The translations under genes and the position numbers were made by a program. A stretch of DNA of 57,220 bases, counting the filler, from Dugesia japonica (lineage: Eukaryota): the NCBI GenBank assembly GCA_001938525.1. It is 4 parts of 4 records of this genome, joined end to end, with 100 filler letters (N's around TTAATTAATTAA, not from the genome) between each part and the next. Parts side by side here need not be neighbours in the genome. Positions count along the whole stretch, not along the records: positions 1 to 14,462 come from MQRL01564058.1; positions 14,563 to 28,137 come from MQRL01599488.1; 2 more parts are not named here. One strand, given 5' to 3'. Under the pieces are notes generated by a model. The model searched no databases. It was given only the letters and a program-made list of their open reading frames with translations, and had not been told where the DNA came from. Shown here one piece after another: positions 13,563-26,961 of the stretch (within the stretch, counting starts at the first letter, position 1; each line of letters starts with the position of its first letter).

Positions 13563-13748
13563 ATGTCCGGCTAACTGTCAAAAACAATAAAGCTGATTTG
13601 GCAGGAGAGGCGTAAGGTCCGAAGAAAACAGCTATTAGCTTACATCCTCTCCCAAGGCGTAACGGAACATCCTGACGAAACTGACTTGCAATGTTTCGTT
13701 GAGATGTTCCCCTTGGAGTATCCAGTTGATATAGATGACGATAAATAA
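13563..13748 (+). pseudogene. Small ORF with one premature stop (MSG*LSKTIKLIWQERRKVRRKQLLAYILSQGVTEHPDETDLQCFVEMFPLEYPVDIDDDK)
   Basis: GC-richer than background, protein-like composition, preceded by TTCAG + 7 nt. Confidence 0.4.
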
Positions 13749-13857
13749 CTTCTAATANGTTTTCACTGTACATTGAATTAAATATACATTGCTTGACAAT
13801 TTTGGTTTATGTAATTAATAACTTATTGTCGTTATTTTCTTTTATTTCAGTATACAA

Positions 13858-14052
13858 ATGGAATATAAGTGGGAGATTTTTTTGGATAGGCACACTGGTA
13901 GGTTGATCTTCAAAAGATATAGGAACCCCCATGACCGAGATGCCGGGGTGTTCGCGGATTATGCTAACCTGTCCAAGGAAGATGCCGATAATGAACGAGA
14001 ATGGGACGCGGCCAAGCGGCGTGCATATTACGAGTGGAATGGACCCAATTGA
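13858..14052 (+). CDS. Unknown 64-aa protein, probably retroelement-associated
   Basis: Intact ATG..TGA, GC-rich for this window, preceded by a polypyrimidine tract, TTCAG and 7 nt. Confidence 0.45.
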   Translation: MEYKWEIFLDRHTGRLIFKRYRNPHDRDAGVFADYANLSKEDADNEREWDAAKRRAYYEWNGPN

Positions 14053-14462
14053 ACGCGAGACCGCCCCTCAGTAGTGCCTATATCGTCGGTTCATCTACTA
14101 CCTTTATCCGGGTTAAGGGAGTTCATAACGAATATTCTACGGGAGTTGCAAAATAATGCAGATGGTGGCGCCTCCAAAAATGCCCCTTCGGATTGACAAT
14201 TAATTATCCTACTAAATCTTATCATTATTAGTTGTGTTTATGATATTAATAATAAAGCTTAAGGTGTTTAATTAAGTAGTCGTTCACTCGTGTTGTTTCC
14301 GGCATTACGAGCGTAGTTTGTTATTTATTAAATACTATATTAGTGTCAAACTAGGAACTATAAACTACCTTATTTATTTCTATTTTTATAGTGCATTCCT
14401 CTTTGAATCGTTTAGTAGCACCCACTAAAAAAGATACGCGAGTCGAGCGATGATCAAGCGAC

Positions 14463-14562
14463 NNNNNNNNNNNNNNNNNNNNNNNNNNNNNNNNNNNNNN
14501 NNNNNNTTAATTAATTAANNNNNNNNNNNNNNNNNNNNNNNNNNNNNNNNNNNNNNNNNNNN
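14463..14562. other. Assembly linker N44-TTAATTAATTAA-N44
   Basis: Exactly 100 nt; the 12-mer has stops in all six frames. Confidence 0.95.
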
Positions 14563-17500
14563 TTTTTTTTTTAATAATAAGTATAATAATATTAACAATA
14601 ATAATTTATTCTCTGGATATTATTTGTTTCTGTTTATATAATAAATGACTCCTACTTCAACTTCGACTTAAAATATTTTACAAAAGTTTGATAAAACGAT
14701 AAACACTATTTATTTATTTAATATTTACATGTATTTATTTCTTAAATTTTAAATTGCTTTTAATGGAATCTAGCCTCTAATTTATTTTTATGCTAATTTA
14801 AGCTAAGTTTTGAAGATGATTTGAAGTAGGTACACTGATACAAATGAATTTATTAGAAATATTACAATTCATTAAAATTTTTAAATTAAGTTGGTATAAT
14901 AGGTACCGTGTTCCTCTATATCGTAGGCTACTTATTGCAATCTTTGTTTTTAACAAACCATGTTTACATTAGAATACAAATTTATGGATATATAATAAAA
15001 AGCAGCAGTTTTTAGTAAAAATTATATTATAAAAAAATTTATTTATTTACTACATAACTACATGATTACAATTCGATCTTTTAAACAACAATGCTACTAT
15101 AAAATCTGAATTCAAAGGAAAAATATCATAATGTTGTTGGTATATCTTGAGAACATTGAGTGTAAAGCATACTGAATCGCAAGTTAGCGATTAAAATTTT
15201 TGCCATTAAAATTTTCAATTAAGAAAATTTTTAAATACTTGATATGATAGCTGAAAAATAAATGAACATATAAATACAAAATAAATAAATTATAAGGTAA
15301 TTTTTATTCAATAAATTTATTGTTTACATCATTGATTATGTTACAGAAATTTTCATAGTAACATGAAAAATCTTTTAAATCATAGCACTAATTAATAATT
15401 ATATTCTTTTAACAGTCAGAGGCGTACTAGGGTTCAATCGAGTCTTGACGCAAGAAAAATCTGTCTATCAAAAGCCCCATCTAAAATCATGTTATGTTCG
15501 TTTCCTGTTATGGAAATTCTGAACAATGTCATAATTTTGCCCCTTGATGCTTAGTTGATACAATACTCCTTTAGTATTAACTGGTGAATAGTTATAATTG
15601 ATTGAAGTATAGCAATTAAACTTAGTTTCATTCATAATAACATTTTTGAAGAAAATAAATAAATGAACAATATTATCCGACTCCAGCTTTTTATAGCCTC
15701 TTTCTAGTAATTTCGGCGGATTTAACTTCATGTTTATTTGAACTAAAGTTTTTCTTGAACGCTACTTGAGTTTAGGAATTATCTCCAAGAATATATTTTT
15801 TCGGTGTGTGATCTACACAGTTGTTTGATCTTTTTTTTCTACTTGGGAAAATTTTGGATTTCTTAATGCACTTTCCTCAATTCTTTAAATGCATCGGTTT
15901 AGTGATGATTTGCTCATTAGAGTATTTTTTACTAAATCTATTTGTTATAGATGTATAAAAATTTTTGATTACATTAAACATGTTTTTATCGAAAAAAATA
16001 TTATTTTCACTGTTTGGATATCAATTTGCCATTTTTGTTTTTCATAAAGTCTAACGAAAATAAAAGAAAATAAGATAAATCAATACTAGAGATATTATCA
16101 ACTGAATTATTTTAATGTTAATTTTTGTTTATAATTGCCTTATTTTTGTTTTAAAGTATAATTTCTACCGATAGTTTATGAAAATTGAACCATTATTTAT
16201 GAAATATGTGTCTACATTTATGAAATTGAAGATAGCGTTACTTTCCATTTTTATTGACCTTGACTTGACTAACGGATGCTGATTCTGATTGATCGAGTAT
16301 GTGTATTTTTTCTTGAACACGCCTAACAACCGATTATCTGGTTTAGTGTATTTTAATAATTAAAAAAATAATTTTTATAATTATTGTCTATTATTCATTA
16401 GTTTAGTATTGATGGTTTCTGTTATTTTAATGTTTCGTAGTTTGATTTATCGATCTATTATTTTTTAATTTGATTGGTTTTATTAGATGTTTCCACATTT
16501 TAATTGTTTTACTTCATAATATTCGACATTCTAGTTCTTTTTTTTGGGAACAAAGTATATAAAATACTTACAAAACACCGTGAATATACATAAAATACCT
16601 TACATATGCATACAGAACACGAACAGTCACAATCAGAACTTTAATGATAAGTAGCCAAATTACGAACTGATGTGAAGTAATGATAAATTACTTTAACTCT
16701 TCATTTCATAATTTAAATTTCATTCATAAAAATATTTTTAGTTATAGTTCAATGTTAAACATGGGGAAAATAATAAAAAGAATACAATTTTTTATGTTCA
16801 ATTATTTAAAAATGGGTTTGTAGCGAATTTGCTTTCTTTAATCTTTAACCAATTAGAATTCTTTAATAAATACACTGTAAAATTTATTTTAATTATAATT
16901 AGTTGCAGCTGCGGTACCACATTTTGTTGGTATTTGCGACACTAGTAAAAATTCATTGAAACTCGGCCGCAATTATTTTATCGACAACTGTTCCAGGATT
17001 TGGATTAATTTTATATTGATTGATTAGCTTGGTTCTAATTCACTATTTGAGGAACTGGATAAACAGTGCTTTCGTAAAATTTTCGACACTGTCTCTAAAT
17101 ATTATGATTCTTTGTGGGGAAAACTTTGTGAGCCTTGATGTTACTTCACCCTCATTATTACATCTGTTTCGTTCTGATTCGATTTATACCAACTTGATTA
17201 ATCCACCGAAAACTTTCTGTTGTTTAATAATCATTTTGTTGTGTTCTATCGGTTCATTATTTGCTGCATACTATTCCAATTTCATCCTTTTCTGCTCTAT
17301 TAATATAGTAAGATTATTAAAGATATTGCTATTAAATATAGATTATTAAATATGCGCAGTTAAATGAAAACGAACATTAATAAATTAATTCACGAAATTA
17401 AAGCGAATATAAAACAATGCACAAATGCTTATGTAATCAGAGTGCCATTCAATTCATTTAAAATCCCATTAATTTAAAATCAATAATATTAAACAATATT

Positions 17501-17678
17501 CATTATCGCATATACATCCTATTCCTAATGAAAATAGTTATGGTTTTCGGCCCAGCACTCGTTTTATTCATCTTTCCCCTTTCTTATTCTCGATCTTTTA
17601 CATTGTTCTCTTTATGCCGTGATTAACGAATTTTATTCTTTTGTATAATGTCTCCCGTGCTTCTGTGTTCTAGCCCAA

Positions 17679-17679
<1 letters not shown>

Positions 17680-17735
<56 letters not shown>

Positions 17736-17785
17736 NNNNNNNNNNNNNNNNNNNNNNNNNNNNNNNNNNNNNNNNNNNNNNNNNN

Positions 17786-17852
<67 letters not shown>
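17680..17852. repeat. (ATT)n microsatellite
   Basis: Direct inspection; explains the poly-L/poly-Y ORF. Confidence 0.95.
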
Positions 17853-19739
17853 CTAATTTCTTCGTTCGTTTCTTTCGCTGCGGTTAACATTGCTACACTT
17901 GCTGCGCGTTTGTCCTATTTTATCAAATCAGAAAAAAATAAAATAAAAAATCAATTTATTTTAAATAAATTAAAAACTTTTGAACCTAAATGCATTAATC
18001 ACGATTAATCACATTTTTAGTGAAAGTTCTATCACTATTTTCCATAAATTTCCATTGGTATAGATCATTAACTATAATAACCGTTATTCTAGTTCTCACC
18101 ACTCTTATATAATGTTCTACACGCCGAGCATTGTGGTTTTCTTGGTATTATAAATCTTTCCATCTTAATTCTAAAATATTAAATAAAATATTTATTAAAA
18201 TTTAAATAGAAAAATCATAAAATAATTTAATTAAAATAAAAAATTAAATTTGATAATTTTTAATATTTAAACCATCATTCATAAAAATCATTATAAATAT
18301 TATCAAATAATTATAAAGTATTATAAATAATTATAATGCGAAAATTACCAATAATTAATTAATTAATAAAAAATTACTATTATCTGACCTGATTGGAGAT
18401 CCTCTTTTCGCATTTACATCCGAATTGGTTAAATGTTTACTTTATTTTAAATATAAAGGTATTAAATGCTAATTTATATACTTTAGTGCTAGTAGCCACA
18501 ATAAATGACTTCAAAAACATCAAATATTTCATAATAAATTTTAAGAATCATGTATATCAAGTTGTTTTAAAAATTAAATTAGTTTAACCATTAACAAATC
18601 CAATTTTAAAATAAATAGCGCTAGATTTTAGGAGTAAGAAAATAGGTTAAAGGTCATTAAAATATATTTTTATTGACATTTAAATTTAGATGCTTTAAAA
18701 TGATGTTTAATTTTAATTCCACCAATCATGAAAAAAGTAACTAAGATAAATTATGAAAGATTGAATTGTAAATAAGTTATATAAATGTTTGTTTGTTTGT
18801 GCCATATGCGTTTCTATGCCATTCATCCGATTGCGATAACATTTTGTTGAAATGTGAGCACACACACGAAGGTTTCTGAATTAGTGCAACCATAAATCTT
18901 GTACTTTTTAAAATTTAAAACGTTAATAATCGAAATACATTGGCATATAAAATGTCGATATTAAAAATTGAATTTCATTATCAACAACAGTTTGCATTTT
19001 TAAAANNNNNNNNNNNNNNNNNNNNNNNNNNNNNNNNNNNNNNNNNNNNNNNNNNNNNNAATAATAATAATAATAATAAATAAATATTACTTATAATAAT
19101 CTTATCATGCAACAGGAGGCTAATAACAGCATATAAAACCATAATTTTTACAAATCAAATTCTTTCCTTCTGGTAATCTGATTTCTGATAAATTCGGCTG
19201 TTTTAGTAATTCGGTTTACTTTTTTTATGAATTTGATTATATTTGATGATATCTTTCTAAGTTCGATTTTTTATTTGCTATCACAGTTAGTGCATACAGA
19301 GGATGCGATTTCGCTTTCTCATTTTTATTCGTGAATATTTATTGAAAGTTTACTGTTGATCTTCTTTCACAGAGGTNAAAAATTCGCATTATGTGCAAAT
19401 CTTTAAGTTCTCAATTTCAAACTTTAATTAGTTTGAACTTTCATCAACAGGTCACAGATAATTAAAAATATAAAATTATTGATTATGTATATTTTAATAT
19501 TGTATTAATATTATATTTTAATATTGTGTATTATATATTATAAAGTAAATTAAAAATCAAATTTTTAAAGAGAAAATAATTTTCAAAAACGCCATTATTT
19601 TTTGTAATATCATCTATCATCGACATTATGAGCTGAGCAGTTTATTTGTTAAAACAGCAATTATAAGGATCTTTAAAATAAATNNNNNNNNNNNNNNNNN
19701 NNNNNNNATAAATCACTTACTTTTTTGCTCTAGGCATGA

Positions 19740-20370
19740 TAATGAACGTTTTTGCTTTATTGTAAATATCTGGTAGTTGATTGATCAGAAGCAGCTTCGT
19801 ATAACTTTCATTGGCGCTCCAGCTTCTTCATTACTGTATTTATTTAGATAGTTTTGATGTTGAATATCAGTTTACTTTGAACTTATTCCTATCGCCCTCA
19901 TTATGATGGTGGAGTATTTCTTTCAACTCTAAAATTCTTGTCCTTCGTCCTTGAATAAACCTATCTTGTTGGTATCGTTACTCGAGTAGAGTATATAATA
20001 TTTTTGATAATTACCAGTATCCAATAGATCATCTGATTTCCTGTGTGCCAGAAGTCGATTGTTATTCACTCAATACATAAAAAGAAATAGCTATCTGTTT
20101 CACCAGCAATAATATCAATTTTGTATTCAAACTTTTACAGATACTATTTCAACTCTTCATATTGGAGCTGGCATATTTTTAATTAGCTCAAATTCTGCTC
20201 CACCTCATCAATATAGCTTGGACGATTTAGACACTACGGTTTTTTTTACAAGACAATGCCAACCATATTCTTAAATATAACCTTGCTTGTATAAGTTACA
20301 AATTTCTTGTTGTACAGCAGAGATTCATTCGTTTCTTCAAAGTTTTCCGAAAGTTCGTGTGGTTTTTCCT
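19740..20370 (-). mobile_element. Highly decayed non-LTR retrotransposon remnant (post-RT region)
   Basis: Stop-ridden frame with WHCLVKKTVVSKSSKLY**GG, resembling the RLY..R..GGRGL region of R4/RTE-type RTs. Confidence 0.3.
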
Positions 20371-20429
20371 TATCGAACTATTAAAGTCTAATAAAATGTA
20401 AAATATAAATCAAACAAAAAGATCTTATT

Positions 20430-21330
20430 CAATAAAATGAACAGCACTATCNCAACGGGATAGAAGTTTGTAAATTCCATTTATATAAAAAGCTGCGTCT
20501 TGTGGCGAGAAACCTGCTAACTTCCACTAAAATGTCCAATATATATATAACTAAAACAGATGATAGTCCGTTGGAGAAATATCGTTGAATAAGATGGATG
20601 TGGAGTGATTAAATTTTGTGCAATATGAAATCTTGTATTGTCATGTAACAGTAGCACTTAATATCTATTCATTAGCATAGGTTGTTTCTGAAACAACATT
20701 TCTTTGGAACGTTGAAGTTCTGCATAAATCTTTGCAGTTACTGTTTAATTATTGTTCAAAAACTCAGTGAACAATAACAACTGCAGTTCACCATACACCA
20801 TGTAGGACTTTGGTGACATGAATAGGGGTTCTTAGAGAGTGGTATGGTGACTTAGCTTGTTATTGTTTAAATATATATATTTTTCATCATAAGTCAACAA
20901 GCGATTCAAAAATGGCGAGATTTTATGACGCGAATGGGACGGAGCTTGTTCTTATTGGACAAATTATGTGGGACCCACTTGCCGAGGTTCCATAACTTTC
21001 CCAATTTAAATGTACACGACATGTTTCCTTTCATAACATCAAATATTTTTGATAACTCTACATCATAAATTTGAATGTTCTTCAGTAGATTTTTAAGTCA
21101 TTTTTTCAGATCACTAAAAGTTTTCCGGGTCGTTCTATATCTTCCACTGACCTGTAACCTTTGAAGAATCTGGAGAACCATTTTTGGGCAGTTCCTTCTC
21201 TTAATGTATTCGGTACAAACGCTAAACAGATCCTACGCCATGCATCTGTAGCGCTTGACTACAGTTTATACTCATAAAGCAAGCATGTTCGTATTTTAAC
21301 AAAATTGGTAGATATTTTGAAATTAAAAAA
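20430..21330 (-). mobile_element. Mariner transposase pseudogene
   Basis: IRTCLLYEYKL..ATDAWRRICLAF...AQKWFSRF...ED.ERPGK (HTH), GKWVPHNL, FLNRLLTYDEK, HPSYS.DISPTDYHLF. Confidence 0.85.
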
Positions 21331-22269
21331 AGACAAATTATTACAGAAAATGATTCATTGTAACAAAATTAATAAAATCTATATATTAACTTTCATTAAA
21401 TATATATTTTTGTGTTTACTTTGATGCAGTGGTTTATGTGGCATATTTAAAAACTTTCAGATTTACCTTATATAAAAATTCTTTTGCATTGAATACGCTC
21501 TTGTTGAATACGTGGTAATATAATTAGCAAATATTTTCCTCTCCTGGAATTTGACTACCCTGTGAACAGCTGTTACACAAATCCCTTGCAGTTATTTGTT
21601 TGTCATCAATATTAGCATGTGATGATAATCTAATTAACATTTTAATTTTTTGCTACACACACTTATAAAACATGGGAATTATAATAATTATGAGCAGCAT
21701 TTAGTAAGGTTTAGTAGATCCTCTACTACTAATCTGCCGTTTACAATTGATAATACAGATAGTATTTTTGTAATTTTGATTCTTCAAATTCTGGAAAGAA
21801 TAATAAATATTTTAAATTCTGCAATTGTAAAACTATTATAAAATGAATAAAATACAAAATAGACAAAGCAAAAATTGAAATATTTATTCTTTAATATGTA
21901 CTAACCCAAACTACTTAAATTATGTTCATCATATTATTCAGTTGAATCTCACACAAGAAGTCAATCAGTTCCTAACTATTTTTATTTAATCAACCAGCTG
22001 AATTTACCTCAGAGTATGGTTTATTATTTGTCTTATTCGGATGTGTGGCCTTCTTGGAACAGAAAAGAAACAAAACCATATAGAGGAAGACCAAGAATTC
22101 CTGAAATTATTGATTGGATAGAAATACCTTTCATTTGACTGCATTAATGACTACTTTAAATATCAACTTTTCTTAAAATATTTTTGTATTGCATAATCAC
22201 ATATAACATTTATCAGTTATTACTATCCATTGTATTTTATTAGCATTGCATTTCAACCAGATATTAATA

Positions 22270-22415
22270 AAACTTTTTAATAATATTATCCAATCAAAAT
22301 CAGGATAAAAAGATTTTATTAAAAAAAAATTAATATTTACCTTCAAATTAAATAAATTAATCAAAACTCTTGAAGAAGATAAAATCGTAAATTTGTGAAA
22401 AAATAAAGTTTTTAT
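22270..22415 (+). repeat. Penelope-like terminal-repeat fragment with a decayed hammerhead core
   Basis: Homologous to the reverse complement of 54560-54700; TTGAAGAAGATAAAATCGTAAA. Confidence 0.5.
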
Positions 22416-23599
22416 TTAAATTTTTTTAAACATTAATAAAAATTAAAAAAAACATTTTTTTTGAAACTTTTTCATCTAGTTTATTTTCCTCTTTGATCTG
22501 CTTACAAAGCTTTTTAATTTCCGAGTGACAGATTTGTTGTTCGACTAATTATATCACCACGATTGGGGTTTCCTATTGTCGATGCCATTTTAAATTATTT
22601 AACATGTTCAAATAAACTTTAATAAAATCTATATATTAACTTTCATTAACTATATATTTTTGTGTTTACTTTGATAAAATAAAACAAATAAACTTTTATA
22701 ACTACATTCAACGTTAATAATCATTTAACAAATAACATGAAAAAGTCTTCTCTAATCGTATTAGTCTTATAATAATGATATTACTATCGATAGGAAACCC
22801 AATTCATGATCGTTAATATTCAACGTATTACAACAAAAGAAACACCTTTACAGAAATTATATTCACTTTATATAATAGCAATAATAGTAACAAAATAATA
22901 TGAAAATTAAAAATAATAAAAAAAACCATACTTTATCATCATTTGTGTCTTTTGAATTCATTTTGCTATGGTAATTTTAAATAATAAAATATATTTAAAG
23001 AAAAAATACTCTTTTCCTCTTTATCTTTAATCATTCTTTCCATTTTTAAAAGTCTGTCTGATATAGAAAATCTTAAAACGATAAATTATAATTTTTAAAA
23101 CATTCCCTTTTCCTACTTCTTCTTTGCATCTTTCCGATTCTTTAATGATTCCTTTTGATGTTGGTAATCTTAATATAATTCAAATTTAAAATAACGAATA
23201 AAATAAATTAAAAAACACCTCCTTTAAATTCATCAATATTGGTTGTCATTTTTATTGAAATAAATATTAAATTATGAAAACTTTCCATAAAGGATAAGCC
23301 AATGAAAAGCCATAGAAAAATCAAAAGATAAAGACTTAAAAATCATGTGGTACCTATAATTANNNNNNNNNNNNNNNNNNNNNNNNNNNNNNNNNNNNNN
23401 NNNNNNNNNNNNNNNNNNNNNNNNNNNNNNNNNNNNNNNNNNNNNNNNNNNNNNNNNNNNNNNNNNNNNNNNNNNNNNNNNNNNNNNNNNNNNNNNNNNN
23501 NNNNNNNNNNNNNNNNNNNNNNNNNNNNNNNNNNNNNNNNNNNNNNNNNNNNNNNNNNNNNNNNNNNNAAATTTCGAAGGTCACAATACACTCATCTCG

Positions 23600-24240
23600 T
23601 TTGCCCATTGCTGGAAACTCGCTAACTATTAAGCATGCATTTTGATTGTTGTATCTTTAATTTGATAAGTATGTAAAATATAAATCATTAGTTTGTTATG
23701 TAATCTTCTCATAGTAATGATATAACAACACAGTAGAAATGTTATATTAAATTCCAATTAATCCGTCATCCTAGATAGGAGAGATTAGTGCAGGGAAGTC
23801 GAATTGAATTACGAATTATTTTATTCCACCAACATGCTGTATGTAAACACCGGGATCTCATTGAATTCAACTTGTTTCCCTATCTCCCATTATCCTTTCA
23901 GCATATTGCTCATCTCCGGATTACTGGGAGATCTTTTATTTATGAAATAGTAATCACATATGCCATGATGTAGTTTGACAAAGCTGAAAAATTGATACTG
24001 AACAGAATTGAAACATTATCTAGCTAGTCACTAATCTGGATTTCAGCTCATGTTAATCAGCACATTAGATACTCCCTGCCTGCAAATCGATATAAATTCT
24101 AAAATGACACAGTAATAGAGACTTACCAATTATTATTACTTCCCATTGAGAAAACGAATTAAGCCATTAGAAATGCTGGGTATTTCTACTCAACAAAGGA
24201 TTTTATGGTTCGATAAATTGAAACAATATTTTAACGTGTG
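23600..24240 (-). mobile_element. Possible upstream part of the decayed non-LTR element
   Basis: …RSRCLHTACWWNK resembles the SPG.D.I...WWK motif preceding such RTs; heavily degraded. Confidence 0.25.
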
Positions 24241-25439
24241 AATTGTGTAGATACTTTTACTATATAGATGTAATATAGTTATGACAAATTTATAAATATA
24301 GTAATGTGTAAATGTCCTTATATCAATTATAGAAAAGCACTTTTTTCAAATATAATATTTTGGGTATATAGCAATATAGTAAAAAGTCAAGAGCTTATAG
24401 CGCTTTATTTTATTTAAAGAAAGGAAGCCGCTCAAAGAGATCGGTTCCTTTAATTAAATTTTGTCAAAAAACTACAGAAATACATCAGTATTTATACAAT
24501 TTTTTGTACAGGCCACGTTTTTCAACCCGCATCAAACAAACATACAAATTTTTCATAAAAATATTGATTTATTTTACACTTTTTTACAATAAGGATATTA
24601 TGCGTAATAATAATCAATCAATTCTGATAATAAATTTTCATTAAAAATAAAATATAAATTAGTAAAATAAAATGATATAGCAATAATGATTAATAAAAAT
24701 TTAAAATAAAATTCTAAATTAACGACAATGATCAATAAAATTCAAATCAATAAAGTCTATATAAATAAGGATAATAAAATCAATAAAGTCAGATTGTTCA
24801 ACAAAATTATTGNNNNNNNNNNNNNNNNNNNNNNNNNNNNNNNNNNNNNNNNNNNNNNNNNNNNNNNNNNNNNNNNNNNNNNNNNNNNNNNNNNNNNNNN
24901 NNNGTTTATGTATGTGTGTATTGTTTTTACTCAAACCTCAACATACATATCGGTGAGTTAATTTTAATTTCAGCTAGTTATGATATTGTCAAACTATCAA
25001 TTAGATAAAAAATGATTGGTAAACGATATTATTCCATGATTCCTCGCCAAGAGTGTGGTTGAGTGTAAATAGTTAAATTTTCACTACCAACATCATTCTG
25101 TCGTGTTGTGAATCATCACGGTAGAGAAATAAAGTGAAATTCACTCACTGAGATTCTTGAGTACTCCGATTAGAAATTTTCTAACTTTGTATTTAGCGTC
25201 ACTCCGGTGAGTGCTGCTATGGTTTCCACAACAGTCCTGCCATTTTCATTGATAAGTCTCTCATAGCGTGGTGTTCATTTCTACCACGAATAATAATAGG
25301 CGGCACATTAATTTCCACTAGCATTATGACGTGGTTTATTTATTACTCCATCGCAAGCTGGTGTGTTTAACAACTGACATAGATTACGTGCGTAGTAGAA
25401 TTATTACTGATATTAAATCTTACGTCTGTTAAATTATCA

Positions 25440-25870
25440 CTTTATCAAATTATATTGGGCTATTTGTTTTATCGATTCCTTATTCTGAAGGTTTTAAAAA
25501 GTTTAAGAATTCGATTCTGAAAGCTTCTAAGGATCTTCCTTTATTGAAAATTGTCTCTACTTCACATAAAATTGTTAATAGCTTTGTTAATAAATCCCAG
25601 ACATCAATTGGTTTGTGTTCTAACCTTGTTTATCAATTTAAATGTATTGGGTGTGATGCCAGATACATTAGAGAGACTGCTCGTCATCTATGTTCAAGAG
25701 CATAATCGTTTTGGTAGTGGTAGTAATATTGCTGAGCATAAAAATAAGTCATTAGAATTCGAATGTAGAAATTTCAAATTTTAAAATTTTGTCTAAGCAA
25801 TTTAAGAATTACTGGGGAGTGTTGTATGAGGCGTTGATGATTAGATTTCATAATCTAATTATTAATGTAC
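25440..25870 (+). mobile_element. Penelope-like element GIY-YIG endonuclease remnant
   Basis: SNLVYQFKCIGCDARYIRETARHL..VQEH...SNIAEH...YEALMI, with frameshifts. Confidence 0.75.
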
Positions 25871-26574
25871 CTTTCGACTAAATTAATTAAAATTTTTTAG
25901 ATATAAATAATTTTTCAATTTTTTCAATTTCACTTAATTTAGAGAAAAAAGCATATTTTACTAATAAAGTTAAGCAAAAATTGTATTAAATCGTTTTATT
26001 TAAACAAGAAACCATTAATTTTAGTTAGTTTAAAGAGAAAATCGTTAAAGTGACTTCATTTAAACAAGAATATGTATTTCCTCACGATTGTATAATGGTT
26101 ATGTAATTATTACGTGGCAATAAATTATTATTTAACTATGTATGCATGATTCTGTTGGCACACATCGATTACCTAATAAACTAATAAAATTCTAACTCAC
26201 TTACATAACTAAATCTTATCGTCTGTCGTTTGGGGGGTTCTGTTCCAGCGAATATATATCTACTTACTATAGATGACAACGAAAATGTCTAGGAACGACA
26301 AGAGATAAACCAGAAATATCAGATTTAAGAATGATGATAAAATTACCAAATATGAGAGGAACGATTGCATCACGAAGACTCATTCTGTGGTGAATGCTAG
26401 AAGACAGAATTAGCAGTGACATTATTTTCGTATTTTCATATATATATATATATATTAATAATAATAAAAATAATATACTTTATAAATTATAATTAAAAAT
26501 TAACCCAGAAATTTTACTTAAAAATTGTAATTCGATATGACTGCAACAAAATTTATTTCAGTCTTTATAAAATA

Positions 26575-26870
26575 TTGGATTGGCTCAAAAATAATTATAA
26601 TAATGAAAAAAATGAATTAATACAACCTTACTTTTCATGTATAACATTTTCTGGTTACTTTGAACAAAATCCCCAACAAAGCCACGTAGACTGTGGAAAC
26701 TTTTATTCTATCTTTTGTATATATGTCAGTGCACAAGAGGAAAAACTAACCATATCTATTGTAGATGTAACATTACATTTAACAAAAGACAGCCTTCAAC
26801 AATGTTATATTAAAGTTCTTTAAAAATAAACACGTAGAAATGCATCTTAGCGGTGAAAAAATATCATTAA
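26575..26870 (+). mobile_element. Possible Tc1-like transposase C-terminal remnant
   Basis: PQQSHVDCGNFYSIF is weakly like WPPxSPDLNPIENxW; RKCILSGE-like end. Confidence 0.3.
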
Positions 26871-26915
26871 TAAAAAAATATTAAAGAACAAACTACGTAA
26901 ACGTGAGTAGTATTG

Positions 26916-26917
<2 letters not shown>

Positions 26918-26956
<39 letters not shown>
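26918..26956. repeat. (TA)n microsatellite
   Basis: Direct inspection. Confidence 0.9.

Positions 26957-26961
<5 letters not shown>

Larger units (their letters stand above)
10500..14462 (+). mobile_element. Degenerate large gypsy-like element with an extended 3' region
   Basis: Asn-rich gag-like frame (10781-11077). 11530-11730 reads GTITNQKQEIQIKNRKPMAMAPRCIGKSYKTILDE...LLNK, like the start of gypsy RT. An integrase-tail-like stretch follows, then about 2.5 kb of unexplained sequence with small ORFs and AATAAA at 14251. Confidence 0.4.

Noticed and set aside
17648-17887. Poly-Leu/poly-Tyr ORF
   Set aside because: (ATT)n microsatellite.
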